The notes below the pieces were generated by a model. It was given only the letters and a program-made list of their open reading frames with translations. It had not been told where the DNA came from and did no database searches. From the NCBI GenBank assembly GCA_000438415.1, contig FR902236.1:4378-32000 (forward strand): a DNA stretch of 27,623 bases, read 5' to 3'. Within the stretch, counting starts at the first letter, position 1, and each line of letters starts with the position of its first letter. Both the position numbers and the translations under genes were made by a program. Below are positions 7,621 through 16,900 of this stretch, piece by piece. This DNA is from Clostridium sp. CAG:628 (GTDB lineage Bacteria; Bacillota_I; Bacilli_A; RF39; UBA660).

Positions 7621-9087
7621 TTACCCCTTTCTAAAAATATTCTTTTTAGTTACATAACTAGGTCTTTTATTTAATGATTTAATATCTTTTCTTAAAATAG
7701 CATTACCTTGTTGACTAAAAATGAATGGAAAAATTGGAATAGTGTAGGGTTTACCAAATATTTTAATGCTAGATAAATTTATAATGAGAAGAAGTATCCC
7801 CATGATAAAACCAATTACTCCAAATGTTGCAGAAAAAAACATAAGAATATATCTCCAAAATCTAATACTTCCTTGCATATCATAGTAAATAAATATTAAA
7901 CTACTTATTGAACTAACTGCGACTACAATTACCATAATGGGAGAAATTAACCCTGCATTTACTGCTGCATCTCCCAAAACTAAAGCACCTAAAATACTTA
8001 AGGAAGTACCTCGGTTATTTGGCGTTCTTGCGTCTCCTTCATATAATAGTTCAAATGTAAATAAAAGAATAAATGCTTCAATAATAACAGGAAATGGGAC
8101 ATTACTTCTTTGCATAGAAAAGTTTATTAATAAGTTTACTGGAAGAATTTCAGGGTCGTATGATGTTAATGCAATAAAGAAAGCGGGAGTAACAATAGCC
8201 AAAATAAATGCAAGAAGTCTAATAACTCTCATGAATGTTGAAAAGAAAGGTTTATGGTAATAGTCTTCACTATTTTGAAAGAAATCAATAAAGAATGTAG
8301 GACACACTATTACACTTGGAGAGTTTTCCATTGTAACAATAACTCTTCCTTCAAGTAAATATCTTGACGCGTCATCCGGTTTTTCAGTATACAATAAAGT
8401 TGGAAATAACGTTTTATTAGAATTATCTATATAACTTTTTAAATAGTTAACATCCATTACACCATCTACATTAATAATCTTTAATTTTGAATAAACTTCA
8501 TTAATTAACTCATCTTCACAAATATTGTCCATGTATAAAAGTCCTACTTTACTTTTACCTTGAACACCTAGAGTAAGTTCTTTTATTAGTAAGTGTTCAC
8601 TTTTAACTCTTTTCCTAATAAGGCCTAGATTCTTTTGATAGTTTTCAGTAAATGAATCTTTAGGTCCACGAATAACTGGTTCGCTTGTTGGTTCAGTTAC
8701 ACCTCTATCTAATTCGGCTCTTGTTTCGTATGCAATACAGGTATTTTTGTAAATTACTAAAGTAAATCCACTAAAAAGTAGCTCATAAAGTTTTTTTTCA
8801 TCATTAACACTTTTAAAGTTGATGCTCGGTATATGCTCGTTTATGTCTTTTTTTAAGTTTTCAAGCACCTTATTACCAATAATACTTTTGTTACTAAAAT
8901 ATTTTAAAATAAAATCATTTATTCTGTCACCACTACTTACACTTTCATTTGATACCACGTATACATGCTTAAAAAACCCAATGTTAATTTTTTTGATTAT
9001 CAAGTCAGGCATGTTTTCTTTTAATTTATACAAGTTTTTAATTATATCCAATGTATTCATATTTCTATTATTGTCAAACTTTACCAA
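7621..9087 (-). CDS. Spore germination protein, GerAA/GerKA-type subunit
   Basis: ORF track. The soluble N-terminal domain is followed by a C-terminal 4-5 TM region with conserved stretches (EPVIRGPKDSFTE, LLEGRV, PTLLYTEKPD). The track start at 9087 is TTG, and the in-frame ATG at 9060 (MNTLDII...) is an alternative. Neither has a clear SD. Confidence 0.85.
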   Translation of the reverse strand: MVKFDNNRNMNTLDIIKNLYKLKENMPDLIIKKINIGFFKHVYVVSNESVSSGDRINDFILKYFSNKSIIGNKVLENLKKDINEHIPSINFKSVNDEKKLYELLFSGFTLVIYKNTCIAYETRAELDRGVTEPTSEPVIRGPKDSFTENYQKNLGLIRKRVKSEHLLIKELTLGVQGKSKVGLLYMDNICEDELINEVYSKLKIINVDGVMDVNYLKSYIDNSNKTLFPTLLYTEKPDDASRYLLEGRVIVTMENSPSVIVCPTFFIDFFQNSEDYYHKPFFSTFMRVIRLLAFILAIVTPAFFIALTSYDPEILPVNLLINFSMQRSNVPFPVIIEAFILLFTFELLYEGDARTPNNRGTSLSILGALVLGDAAVNAGLISPIMVIVVAVSSISSLIFIYYDMQGSIRFWRYILMFFSATFGVIGFIMGILLLIINLSSIKIFGKPYTIPIFPFIFSQQGNAILRKDIKSLNKRPSYVTKKNIFRKG

Positions 9088-9196
9088 AATATACTTTTTG
9101 AAAACGACATAGTAAAATTTAAATTCATATAGAGGAGACGGAAGTCCTGAAAAGCCTTACGAGATTTATACAGGTAGTGGAGTATGTGAATAAAAT

Positions 9197-9236
9197 AAAA
9201 GAACTAGTTCATTTTATTTTTGAACAAGTTCTTTTT
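9197..9236 (-). terminator. lexA intrinsic terminator (bidirectional hairpin)
   Basis: agaactagttca (9200-9211) pairs with tgaacaagttct (9221-9232): a 12-bp stem with one mismatch and a 9-nt loop. A/T runs on both sides allow termination in either direction. It lies 27 nt past the lexA stop. Confidence 0.6.
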
Positions 9237-9262
9237 TTGTTTCTTCTCTTTCTTCTTTTTAA

Positions 9263-9883
9263 TTAAAATTTTCTATAAAGTCCAATTGCAATTCCTAGTA
9301 TTTCTACTTTGTCAACTATAATTGGGTCCATTGTTTCATTTTCAGGTTGTAATCTAAAATAACCATTTTCTTTATAAAAAGTCTTTAATGTAGTGCACCC
9401 ATTTTCATCAAGTACAACTACATAGTCTCCATTTTTAGCAGTTTTTTGTCTTTTAACTATAACTATATCTCCATCATATATACCCACATTTTTCATACTC
9501 ATTCCTTCAGTTCTAAGAGTGAATACTTCTTCTTTCTTTGGTAATAAGAAAGTAGGTAATGCTATATATTCATCTGGAAATTCAATAGCCTCAATAGGAT
9601 TACCGCAAGTTACTTTTCCTAAAAGTGGAACACTTACGACATCCTCGTTCTTTTCTAAATATTCATTAGGTACTAAAACCTCTAATGTTCTAAATTTGTT
9701 ATCAGTTTGTTTTAAATAACCTTTATTCATTAAGTGCTTCATATGAACGAATACAGTAGCAGTACTACTTAAATTCATAAGGTCACAAACTTCTCTTACA
9801 CTTGGACTATATCCATGTTCTGCTATATACTTTTTAATAACAGTTAAAACTTCTTGTTGCTTTCTAGTTAACTTTTCCATCAT
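9263..9883 (-). CDS. lexA: LexA repressor (SOS regulator, S24 autopeptidase)
   Basis: The N-terminal winged HTH reads LTRKQQEVLTVIKKYIAEHGYSPSVREVCDLMNLSSTATVFVHMKHLMNKGYL. The C-terminal S24 domain has GMSM (catalytic Ser) and DGDIVIVKRQ (catalytic Lys region). The 206-aa length fits, and there is an SD (AAGGAAG). Confidence 0.92.
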   Translation of the reverse strand: MMEKLTRKQQEVLTVIKKYIAEHGYSPSVREVCDLMNLSSTATVFVHMKHLMNKGYLKQTDNKFRTLEVLVPNEYLEKNEDVVSVPLLGKVTCGNPIEAIEFPDEYIALPTFLLPKKEEVFTLRTEGMSMKNVGIYDGDIVIVKRQKTAKNGDYVVVLDENGCTTLKTFYKENGYFRLQPENETMDPIIVDKVEILGIAIGLYRKF

Positions 9884-9905
9884 AACACTTCCTTTCTAAA
9901 TATAT

Positions 9906-9932
9906 ATTATCACACAAAATATTATTTGTCAA
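9906..9932 (-). promoter_or_regulatory. Candidate lexA promoter
   Basis: On the minus strand: TTGACA (9927-9932), 15 nt, TGtGATAAT (extended -10, GATAAT at 9906-9911). Confidence 0.4.
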
Positions 9933-10021
9933 ACAATTTATCGATTTTGATATAAAATATTTCCATAACTGTTCGCTTAACATACAAATGTAAATTCGCC
10001 AAACATTTTATTGTTTTTATA

Positions 10022-10050
10022 TTGACACAAACATCTATGTGTTATAAAAT
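10022..10050 (+). promoter_or_regulatory. Strong sigma-A promoter divergent from lexA, driving the small membrane-peptide gene
   Basis: TTGACA (10022-10027), 17 nt, TAAAAT (10045-10050). The alternative is TGtTATAAA as an extended -10. The SD and ATG follow 20-30 nt downstream. Confidence 0.55.
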
Positions 10051-10076
10051 GGTATCACAAAGAAGGAGAGTGTATT

Positions 10077-10229
10077 ATGGAAAAATTGGAAAAAATATTT
10101 AATAGTAAGTTAGGAATAGTATTATTTTATATAGTAATTGCTATACTAGCACTTATGCTTACAAAGAAAGTAGAAGTTATAAATAATAACTCTCAGTCGG
10201 TTAAAACTGTTGAAAGTTGTTATGCATAA
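10077..10229 (+). CDS. Small single-pass membrane protein (50 aa), not in the ORF track; candidate SOS-linked cell-division inhibitor by position
   Basis: The SD AAGGAGAG lies 7 nt before the ATG at 10077. The product is MEKLEKIFNSKLGIVLFYIVIAILALMLTKKVEVINNNSQSVKTVESCYA: a short N-tail, one ~19-aa hydrophobic helix flanked by Lys residues, and a 20-aa polar C-tail. It is divergent from lexA and has its own consensus promoter. Confidence 0.55.
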   Translation: MEKLEKIFNSKLGIVLFYIVIAILALMLTKKVEVINNNSQSVKTVESCYA

Positions 10230-10290
10230 CTTTTTTCTTTTAAATATTTATATTTGATGATATAATATATCTCACGAATGGGGGATTAAT

Positions 10291-11130
10291 ATGTTTTCTA
10301 AAGAATTGTTTTATTATATTTTAAATGAAATTAATAATAAAGACTTTTTAACAGAAGAATTTTTAGGTCATGTAAAAGAACTAATTATTAAATATAATAG
10401 AGATATGAAGTATGTACTTAATGAAATTATAGTAAATGAAACATCTAATATAGATTCATACTATTTAGAAAACAATATTATTTTAGCAAGTACTTCAATA
10501 GATAGTGATTATAAAGTGTTACTTAGTGAACACGAGGATATAAAAGACACACTTTTTGTATATAATTTAAATATATTAGATACTTTAATTCATGAACTAA
10601 CTCATGCTTATCAGGAATATTTATCTCTTAGTAGAAATACTTTATTCACTAGAATTATGAAAGATGGAGATAATGTACAAAGTGGGAAATTTAAATATAA
10701 AAAAAGTTTATTAAACTATTTACCAAAAGAAGTAAGAGGAAGAGTCTTTTACTGTGAACATCATGACATCATGCCATTTGAATTACACGCTAATAATGTG
10801 GCTAGTATGTATTGTCTAAAGGTGTATCAAGAAATGAAAAACTTAACAGATATTCCATCATATGAAAGTATTGTACTTGATGACTATTTAAAAGAATATA
10901 GTTTTGAAAATGAAATAACAAATCCATTAACTAAATTTTATATATATTCTAATACATTAGATATAATGAATAGTCATAATTTAAAAAATCTTTCTAGTAG
11001 AAATAAATTCTTATTAGGCTATTTGAGAACTGCTTTAGAAATAAATGAAACTTTTAATAAAGTAATGAATACAAAAAACTTGGATTATGTTCGTATTTAT
11101 AAGAATGGAAGTGTTTACAAAAATGAATAA
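10291..11130 (+). CDS. Hypothetical protein with an HExxH zinc-metallopeptidase-like motif
   Basis: ORF track, SD GGGGGA. The only recognisable feature is LDTLIHELTHAYQEY (HExxH with hydrophobic context), plus a later CEHHD...ELH cluster. I cannot assign a family. An extended -10 (TGATATAAT) lies ~35 nt upstream. Confidence 0.5.
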   Translation: MFSKELFYYILNEINNKDFLTEEFLGHVKELIIKYNRDMKYVLNEIIVNETSNIDSYYLENNIILASTSIDSDYKVLLSEHEDIKDTLFVYNLNILDTLIHELTHAYQEYLSLSRNTLFTRIMKDGDNVQSGKFKYKKSLLNYLPKEVRGRVFYCEHHDIMPFELHANNVASMYCLKVYQEMKNLTDIPSYESIVLDDYLKEYSFENEITNPLTKFYIYSNTLDIMNSHNLKNLSSRNKFLLGYLRTALEINETFNKVMNTKNLDYVRIYKNGSVYKNE

Positions 11131-11170
11131 ACTATGTTATAATTAACTTATAATAAAGAGGTGATATAAC

Positions 11171-13084
11171 ATGGATATGAAAATTATTAATTCTCTTAGA
11201 AGTTTAGGAATAGATATGATTAATAGTAGATTAGAAGGAGATGCAGGACTAACAATTAGTTTAGCGCCAACTATATATACATTATTTAGTAAACATTTAA
11301 ATTTTAGTAGTAGTGAACCAACTTGGATAAATAGAGATAGATTTATTTTATCAACTAGTAGTGCTTCACCGCTACTTTATAGTACACTTTTTTATGCAGG
11401 TTATCCTATTAGAGAAGAAGAATTAAAGTGTTTTGGTAGCAGCAAGCTTTCTATATATCCAGAATATAACCCTAAAGTTGGAATAAATTCTTCAACTGGA
11501 ATTTATGCTGAAGGATTAAGTGTGTCTGTAGGAATAGCGCTTGCTGAAAAGTATTTAAGAAGTATTTTAGGAAGAGATTTAATTAATTTTTATACATATG
11601 TAATGGTAAGTGATAACGAGTTTATGTCAGGAGATACATTTGAAAGTTTGGAATTAGCAAGTAATAATGAACTAAGTCACTTAATAATTTTATATAATAG
11701 TTTTGAAACAACTATTAATGGTAAAAAGAGTAATTATTTAAAAGAAAATCATTTAAAAGTATATGAAGACTTGGGTTTTCATATTGAAACTGTTACTAAT
11801 GCAGAAGACTTTCTAAGTATTGATAAAGCTATTACAAGGGCTAAATTATCTAATAAACCTAGTATTATTGAAATAAAAAGTTTAATAGCTTTGGGAACTA
11901 GTTTACAAGGAAGTTATAAAGGCCACAATAGCGTGCTTACTGATGAAGATATAATGCTTGTAAAAGAAAAAATGAATTTAACAAAAGTACCTTTTCATAT
12001 ATCAGCAAATGCTATTACTGAGTTTCAAAGTATGATTAGTACTAGAACAAATCCTGTGTATAACGAATGGGTTAGTAGATATAATAAAGTAATAGAAACA
12101 GATGAAAAAATGAAGGGGATTCTTAGTTTATTAGAAGAAGATAATTTAAGAATAAATATTAAGAATATGAAAGTCAACTTTGATGCATCTATGAAAGAAG
12201 ATATGTTAGAAACTAATAATAATTTGATGAGTGCAATAAGTCAAGTAAATCCATTAATGGTAACTTGTTCACTATTTAATGATAATAAAAACTTTGGTTT
12301 AAAAGGTGATAAAAACTTTGATTTTGGTAATAGAATTTCTTCTTGTTTTAATGTAAGTATTGGTTTTTCCTTAACAGGGTTAAAGCCTATAATATGTACT
12401 AACTTAGTAAGTGTTAGTAAAGTATGTGAACAAATTAAATTAGCTAGTTTAATGAAACTACCTATAACTTATATATTTACTAATGATTCACTACTTAGTT
12501 CAAATAAAAATATGTTATTAATGCCAATAAATGAATTATCAATATTAAGAAGCATTCCTATGCTTTCTGTTATAAAACCTGCTGATGTTAATGAACTAGT
12601 AGGATGTTACGACTTTATTATAAATAAGAAGCTTCCAACAGCATTAGTCTTGCCTTCAGTTAAAAAAGGACTTATTCCAAATACTAATGCTTCAAACACA
12701 TTGAAAGGTGCATACATAATTAGACCTGAGGGAGGAAGACTTTCTGGTATACTTGTTTCTTCTGGTAATGAAGTAGAAACTGCTTTAAGAATAAATGAAG
12801 AATTAATAAATAGAGGAATATTTACTAGGGTAGTATCAGTACCTAGTATAAGTTTATTTGATAAAGAGAGTAAAGAATATAAAGATACATTGTTTCCAAT
12901 AGGTGCTAAAGTTGTAGTAATCGAGCCATCTAATGATGAACATTGGAATAAATTTGTTTATAATGAGAAATATTTAATTAATGTTAAAGACTATGTTATA
13001 AGTGGTAAAAATACAGAGATATTAACTGCTTGTGGATTTGATTTTGATAGTTTATTAGAAAAAATAGAAAAATTATTAAAATAG
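11171..13084 (+). CDS. Transketolase-family protein with degenerate cofactor and catalytic motifs (probable pseudoenzyme)
   Basis: It is collinear with transketolase over its full 637-aa length (WINRDRFILS, LLYSTLFYAGY, VGIALAEKYL, KPSIIEIKSLIALGT, GSYKGHNSVL, PTALVLPS, RVVSVPSISLFD). The canonical SGHPG, GHGS, GDG...N, GGSADL, REH and THDS.G.GEDGPTHQ motifs are all replaced (see findings). TGTTATAAT extended -10 and an SD lie upstream. Confidence 0.8.
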   Translation: MDMKIINSLRSLGIDMINSRLEGDAGLTISLAPTIYTLFSKHLNFSSSEPTWINRDRFILSTSSASPLLYSTLFYAGYPIREEELKCFGSSKLSIYPEYNPKVGINSSTGIYAEGLSVSVGIALAEKYLRSILGRDLINFYTYVMVSDNEFMSGDTFESLELASNNELSHLIILYNSFETTINGKKSNYLKENHLKVYEDLGFHIETVTNAEDFLSIDKAITRAKLSNKPSIIEIKSLIALGTSLQGSYKGHNSVLTDEDIMLVKEKMNLTKVPFHISANAITEFQSMISTRTNPVYNEWVSRYNKVIETDEKMKGILSLLEEDNLRINIKNMKVNFDASMKEDMLETNNNLMSAISQVNPLMVTCSLFNDNKNFGLKGDKNFDFGNRISSCFNVSIGFSLTGLKPIICTNLVSVSKVCEQIKLASLMKLPITYIFTNDSLLSSNKNMLLMPINELSILRSIPMLSVIKPADVNELVGCYDFIINKKLPTALVLPSVKKGLIPNTNASNTLKGAYIIRPEGGRLSGILVSSGNEVETALRINEELINRGIFTRVVSVPSISLFDKESKEYKDTLFPIGAKVVVIEPSNDEHWNKFVYNEKYLINVKDYVISGKNTEILTACGFDFDSLLEKIEKLLK

Positions 13085-13138
13085 AGTGTTATATTTTTGA
13101 AAAATATGATACAATATTTAATGTAGAGGAGTGTATTT

Positions 13139-13657
13139 ATGAAAAAGAAAATTTTAGTTGTTATGTTATCACTTTTATTACTCACTGGATGTGGTACTAC
13201 TAAGGAGGAAAAAGAAACTATGTTTTATGATTCCTTAGAACAAGCATATATTAGTGTTTATTCTACTGATGGAGTAGGTTTACCTGTTTATGAAGCAGAA
13301 AAAATAACATTGGATAACGTTGACTGGTATAAAGTAGCTAGTAGTAAATATGATAACTATGAAAAGATAGAAGATATGATAAGTAATGTATTTGATGAAA
13401 AAATAGGTAGTGAACTAAAGAGTACTTTATCTAAAAAATATAAGGAAGTAGATGCTGTACTTTATACAACTAGTACAGGTGGATGCTTATTAGATTATCA
13501 AATAGATGATACTTTAGTTTCTAATTTAAAGAAAAATGTTAAGATAACTAAAATTAAAGGAAACAAAGTGAAATTTGAATATAAGAAGAAAAAGTATACT
13601 GCTAAAAAAGATGGAAACTTCTATATATTTGATTCAAAAGTATTCGAGTGTCTTTAA
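13139..13657 (+). CDS. Hypothetical lipoprotein
   Basis: ORF track, SD AGAGGAG. Signal peptide with lipobox (LLLTGCG). No recognisable domain. Confidence 0.65.
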   Translation: MKKKILVVMLSLLLLTGCGTTKEEKETMFYDSLEQAYISVYSTDGVGLPVYEAEKITLDNVDWYKVASSKYDNYEKIEDMISNVFDEKIGSELKSTLSKKYKEVDAVLYTTSTGGCLLDYQIDDTLVSNLKKNVKITKIKGNKVKFEYKKKKYTAKKDGNFYIFDSKVFECL

Positions 13658-13669
13658 TGACACTTTTTT
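13647..13669 (+). terminator. Intrinsic terminator after the lipoprotein gene
   Basis: agtgtc-tttaat-gacact hairpin followed by TTTTT. It overlaps the stop codon. Confidence 0.55.
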
Positions 13670-13693
13670 AGTTTGAAAATTTAATAATACTAC

Positions 13694-13722
13694 TAGACAA
13701 CGAATACGTTTTGTGGTATTCT
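13694..13722 (+). promoter_or_regulatory. Candidate promoter of the ileS leader
   Basis: TAGACA (13694-13699), 17 nt, TATTCT (13717-13722) with a TG two bases upstream. Confidence 0.4.
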
Positions 13723-13728
13723 ATTAAT

Positions 13729-13936
13729 TGTAAAACAAGTGAAAGAGACGTTACATATAAGAGTTTCTAGAGAGTTAGTGGTAGGTGAAAACTAATAAAT
13801 GAATATATGTATAAATCACTCTGGATGTGCTTTAAGGATAAGTTAAAGCCGGTTATATAAACCGTTACAATAATTAAGTAAATACTAGGATGGTACCGTC
13901 TAATATAGACTCCTTATGTGCTATCCTTTTTATTTT
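13729..13936 (+). promoter_or_regulatory. T-box riboswitch leader (Ile specifier AUC) controlling ileS
   Basis: The conserved T-box sequence AAUACUAGGAUGGUACCGUC lies at 13881-13900, with a UGGU bulge to pair with the tRNA ACCA end. Stem I elements are present (AGAGAG, GGUGAAA). The specifier-loop candidate is AA-AUC-A at 13815-13817. The terminator arm CTATCCT (13921-13927) pairs with AGGATGG from the T-box and is followed by TTTTTATTTT. Confidence 0.8.
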
Positions 13937-13947
13937 GGAGGGAAATT

Positions 13948-16900
13948 ATGTATAAAGAAATTAAAGAAAGTACTAGTGCTTTGGAAAGTAAGTTAGTGAG
14001 TAAGTGGAAAAGTGAAAACTTATTAGAGAAGACTATTAAAAACAGGGAAGGAAAAGAAGACTTTGTATTCTATGATGGACCAATATATGCAAATGCTAAA
14101 CCAGGCTTACATCACGTATTTGCCAAAACTATAAAAGATGCTTTTTGTAAATATCAAACAATGCAAGGTAAAAGAGTATTAAGAAAGATTGGACTTGATA
14201 CTCACGGGTTACCAATTGAAGTTAATGTTGAAAAGAAGTTAGGCTTTAAAACAAAAGCTGATATTGAAGCGTTTGGAATAGAAAACTTTTGTAAAGAGTG
14301 TAATAGTGAAACTGCTACAAACATAGATGAAGTTAATAAGATGACTGATATGATGGGTCAGTTAATTGATAGTGATAATCCATATATAACTTGTACAAAT
14401 GAGTATATAGAAAGTGAATGGTGGCTAATTAAGAATATCTTTGATAAGGGTTTAATTTATCATGGGAATAAAGTTCTTCCATATTGTTATAGATGTGGAA
14501 CAGAACTATCTAAAAATGAAGTTAGTTTAGGTTATCAAGAAGATACAGTTAATACTGTAATCGTACCATTTAAGTTAGTAAATAAAGATGAGTATATGCT
14601 TGTTTGGACTACAACTCCATGGACTCTTATTGATAACGTTGCAGCTTGTGTTAATCCAGATTTAACTTACTTAAAAGTAGAAAGTATGGGTTATAAATTC
14701 ATTTTGTGTGAAAGTTTGGCTAATAAAGTGTTAGGTGATGAGTACACTGTTTTAGATAAGTTTAAAGGTAGTGATATGGTTGGTTTAAAGTATGAGCAAC
14801 TTCTTCCTTTTGCTAAAGTTAGTGGTAAATCATTTGTAGTACTAGCTGATGATTATGTAACTGATGCTGACGGAACTGGTATAGTACACATCGCCCCAGC
14901 ATATGGTGAAGATGACTCACGTGTTTGCAAGAAAAACGGTATAGCTTTTGTACAAAGTGTAGGAAAAGATGGTACTTATACAACTGGACCATGGACTGGA
15001 AGAATAGTAACTGATCCAGAGTTAGAAATTGAAATAATTAAATACTTAAAAGAAAATGATAAACTATTTAAGAAAATCAAAATGACACATGAGTATCCTC
15101 ACTGCTGGAGATGTAAAAGTCCACTTATTTATTATTCAAAACCAGCTTGGTATATTGAAACAACTAAATATAAAGATAAAATACTTGCAGCTAATAAAAG
15201 TGTTAATTGGTATCCTGAGTTTGTTGGAGAAAAGAGATTTAATAACTGGCTAGAAAATATGATAGACTGGGGTATTTCAAGAAATAGATACTGGGGTTGT
15301 CCAATGCCTTTGTGGACTTGTGAATGTGGACACATCGAGTGTATTGGAAGTAGAAGCGAATTACAAAGTAAGATAGTAGAAAACACTGATGTATTTAAGA
15401 TGGAACTTCATAGACCTTATATAGATAGTTTACACATCAAGTGTCCAGAATGTGGCAAAGTTATGTCAAGAGTAACTGATGTGATGGATGTATGGTTTGA
15501 CTCAGGTGCTATGCCATATGCTCAAATGCATTACCCATTTGAAAATAAAGAATTATTTGAAAGTCAATTTCCTGCAGACTTTATAGCTGAAGGAGTAGAT
15601 CAAACTCGTGGATGGTTTAATTCACTAATTTGTATATCTACTTTAGTAAGTGGAGTAAGTTCATTCAAAAACGTTGTAGTTAACGATATGATGCTTGATG
15701 CTAAAGGTAAAAAAATGAGTAAAAGTACAGGAAATATAATAAATCCTGAAGAAATAATGAAAGAATATGGCGCTGATGCTGTTAGATTTTATATGCTATA
15801 TGCAAGCCCTGTATGGACACCACTTAAGTTTGATATTGAAGGAGTAAAAGAAGTAAATAGTAAATTCTTTAGTACTTTAAAAAATACATATAATTTCTTC
15901 AGTATGTATGCTAATGCAGATAAACTAGAAACTAAAGACTTCATAAATAGTACAAGTTATGAATTAATTGATAAGTGGATGCTTTCTAAATTAAATAGAC
16001 TTGTAAAAGAAGTGACAATTGCTTATAATGAGTACGATTTAAATAGAGTTGTAAAGCCACTTGTAAACTTTGTTAGTGAAGACTTGTCTAACTGGTACAT
16101 AAGAAGAAATAGAAGAAGATTCTGGAAAGGTGAATTAGATGAAAGTAAAAAGTCTGTTTATAAAGTAACTTATGAGGTACTTGTAACATTATCACAACTC
16201 CTAGCACCAGTAAGTCCATTCTTAGCTGAAGAAATATACACTAACTTAACTAAAGAAGAAAGTGTTCATTTGAGTGATTTTCCTAAATGTAATGAAGAAT
16301 TAATTGATTTAGATGTTGAAAAACAAATGGATTTAGTAAGAGACGTAGTAAGTTTAGGTAGAAACGCTAGAGAAGAAGCTAATGTTAAAATAAGACAACC
16401 ACTTTCTAAAGTTTTACTTGATAAGAAAAATGAAAGTGTAATTGGTAACTTGACTGACTTAATTAAGGAAGAGTTGAATGTAAAAGAAGTAATGTATACT
16501 AATGAAACAAGTGATTACTTAACTTATACAGTTAAACCTAACTTTAAAGAAGTTGGTAAGTTGTTTGGTAAAAATATTGGAGAGTTTAGTAAGTTTGTTA
16601 GTGAGTTTACTAGTGAAGACATTAAAAATATTGAAAGTAAAACTGTTACATATGACGGGGTAACTTATAACTTGAATAAGAGTATGTTAGATATAAGAGT
16701 GTCAGCAAAAGAGGGATATGATGTTACGAGTGATGGGGTAAACTTTGTTATACTTGATACTACTATCACACCTGAATTAAAGGATGAAGGAATTTTAAGA
16801 GACTTAATTAGACAATGCCAAGTTTTAAGAAAGAATATTGGTTTAGATATAAGTGATAGAATTAGTATTGAATTTAATACAACTGAAGAGTTAACTAACA

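Noticed and set aside
9088-9196. A possible small RNA or small ORF between the gerA start and the lexA terminator: a plus-strand AGAGGAGA SD-like sequence, and a GTG-initiated 29-codon ORF running into the terminator hairpin.
   Set aside because: No start codon lies at a usable distance from the SD-like sequence. The GTG ORF has no SD and reads through the terminator and into the lexA 3' end. I found no convincing promoter and no conserved RNA motif. The region is most simply the gerA 5' region plus the lexA 3' UTR.
9884-10076. A canonical Gram-positive LexA (Cheo) box, CGAAC-N4-GTTCG, in the lexA divergent intergenic region.
   Set aside because: I found only one exact half-site and one 3-mismatch candidate, and neither overlaps the predicted promoters. 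I therefore do not annotate an operator. The issue is recorded as an open question in the findings.
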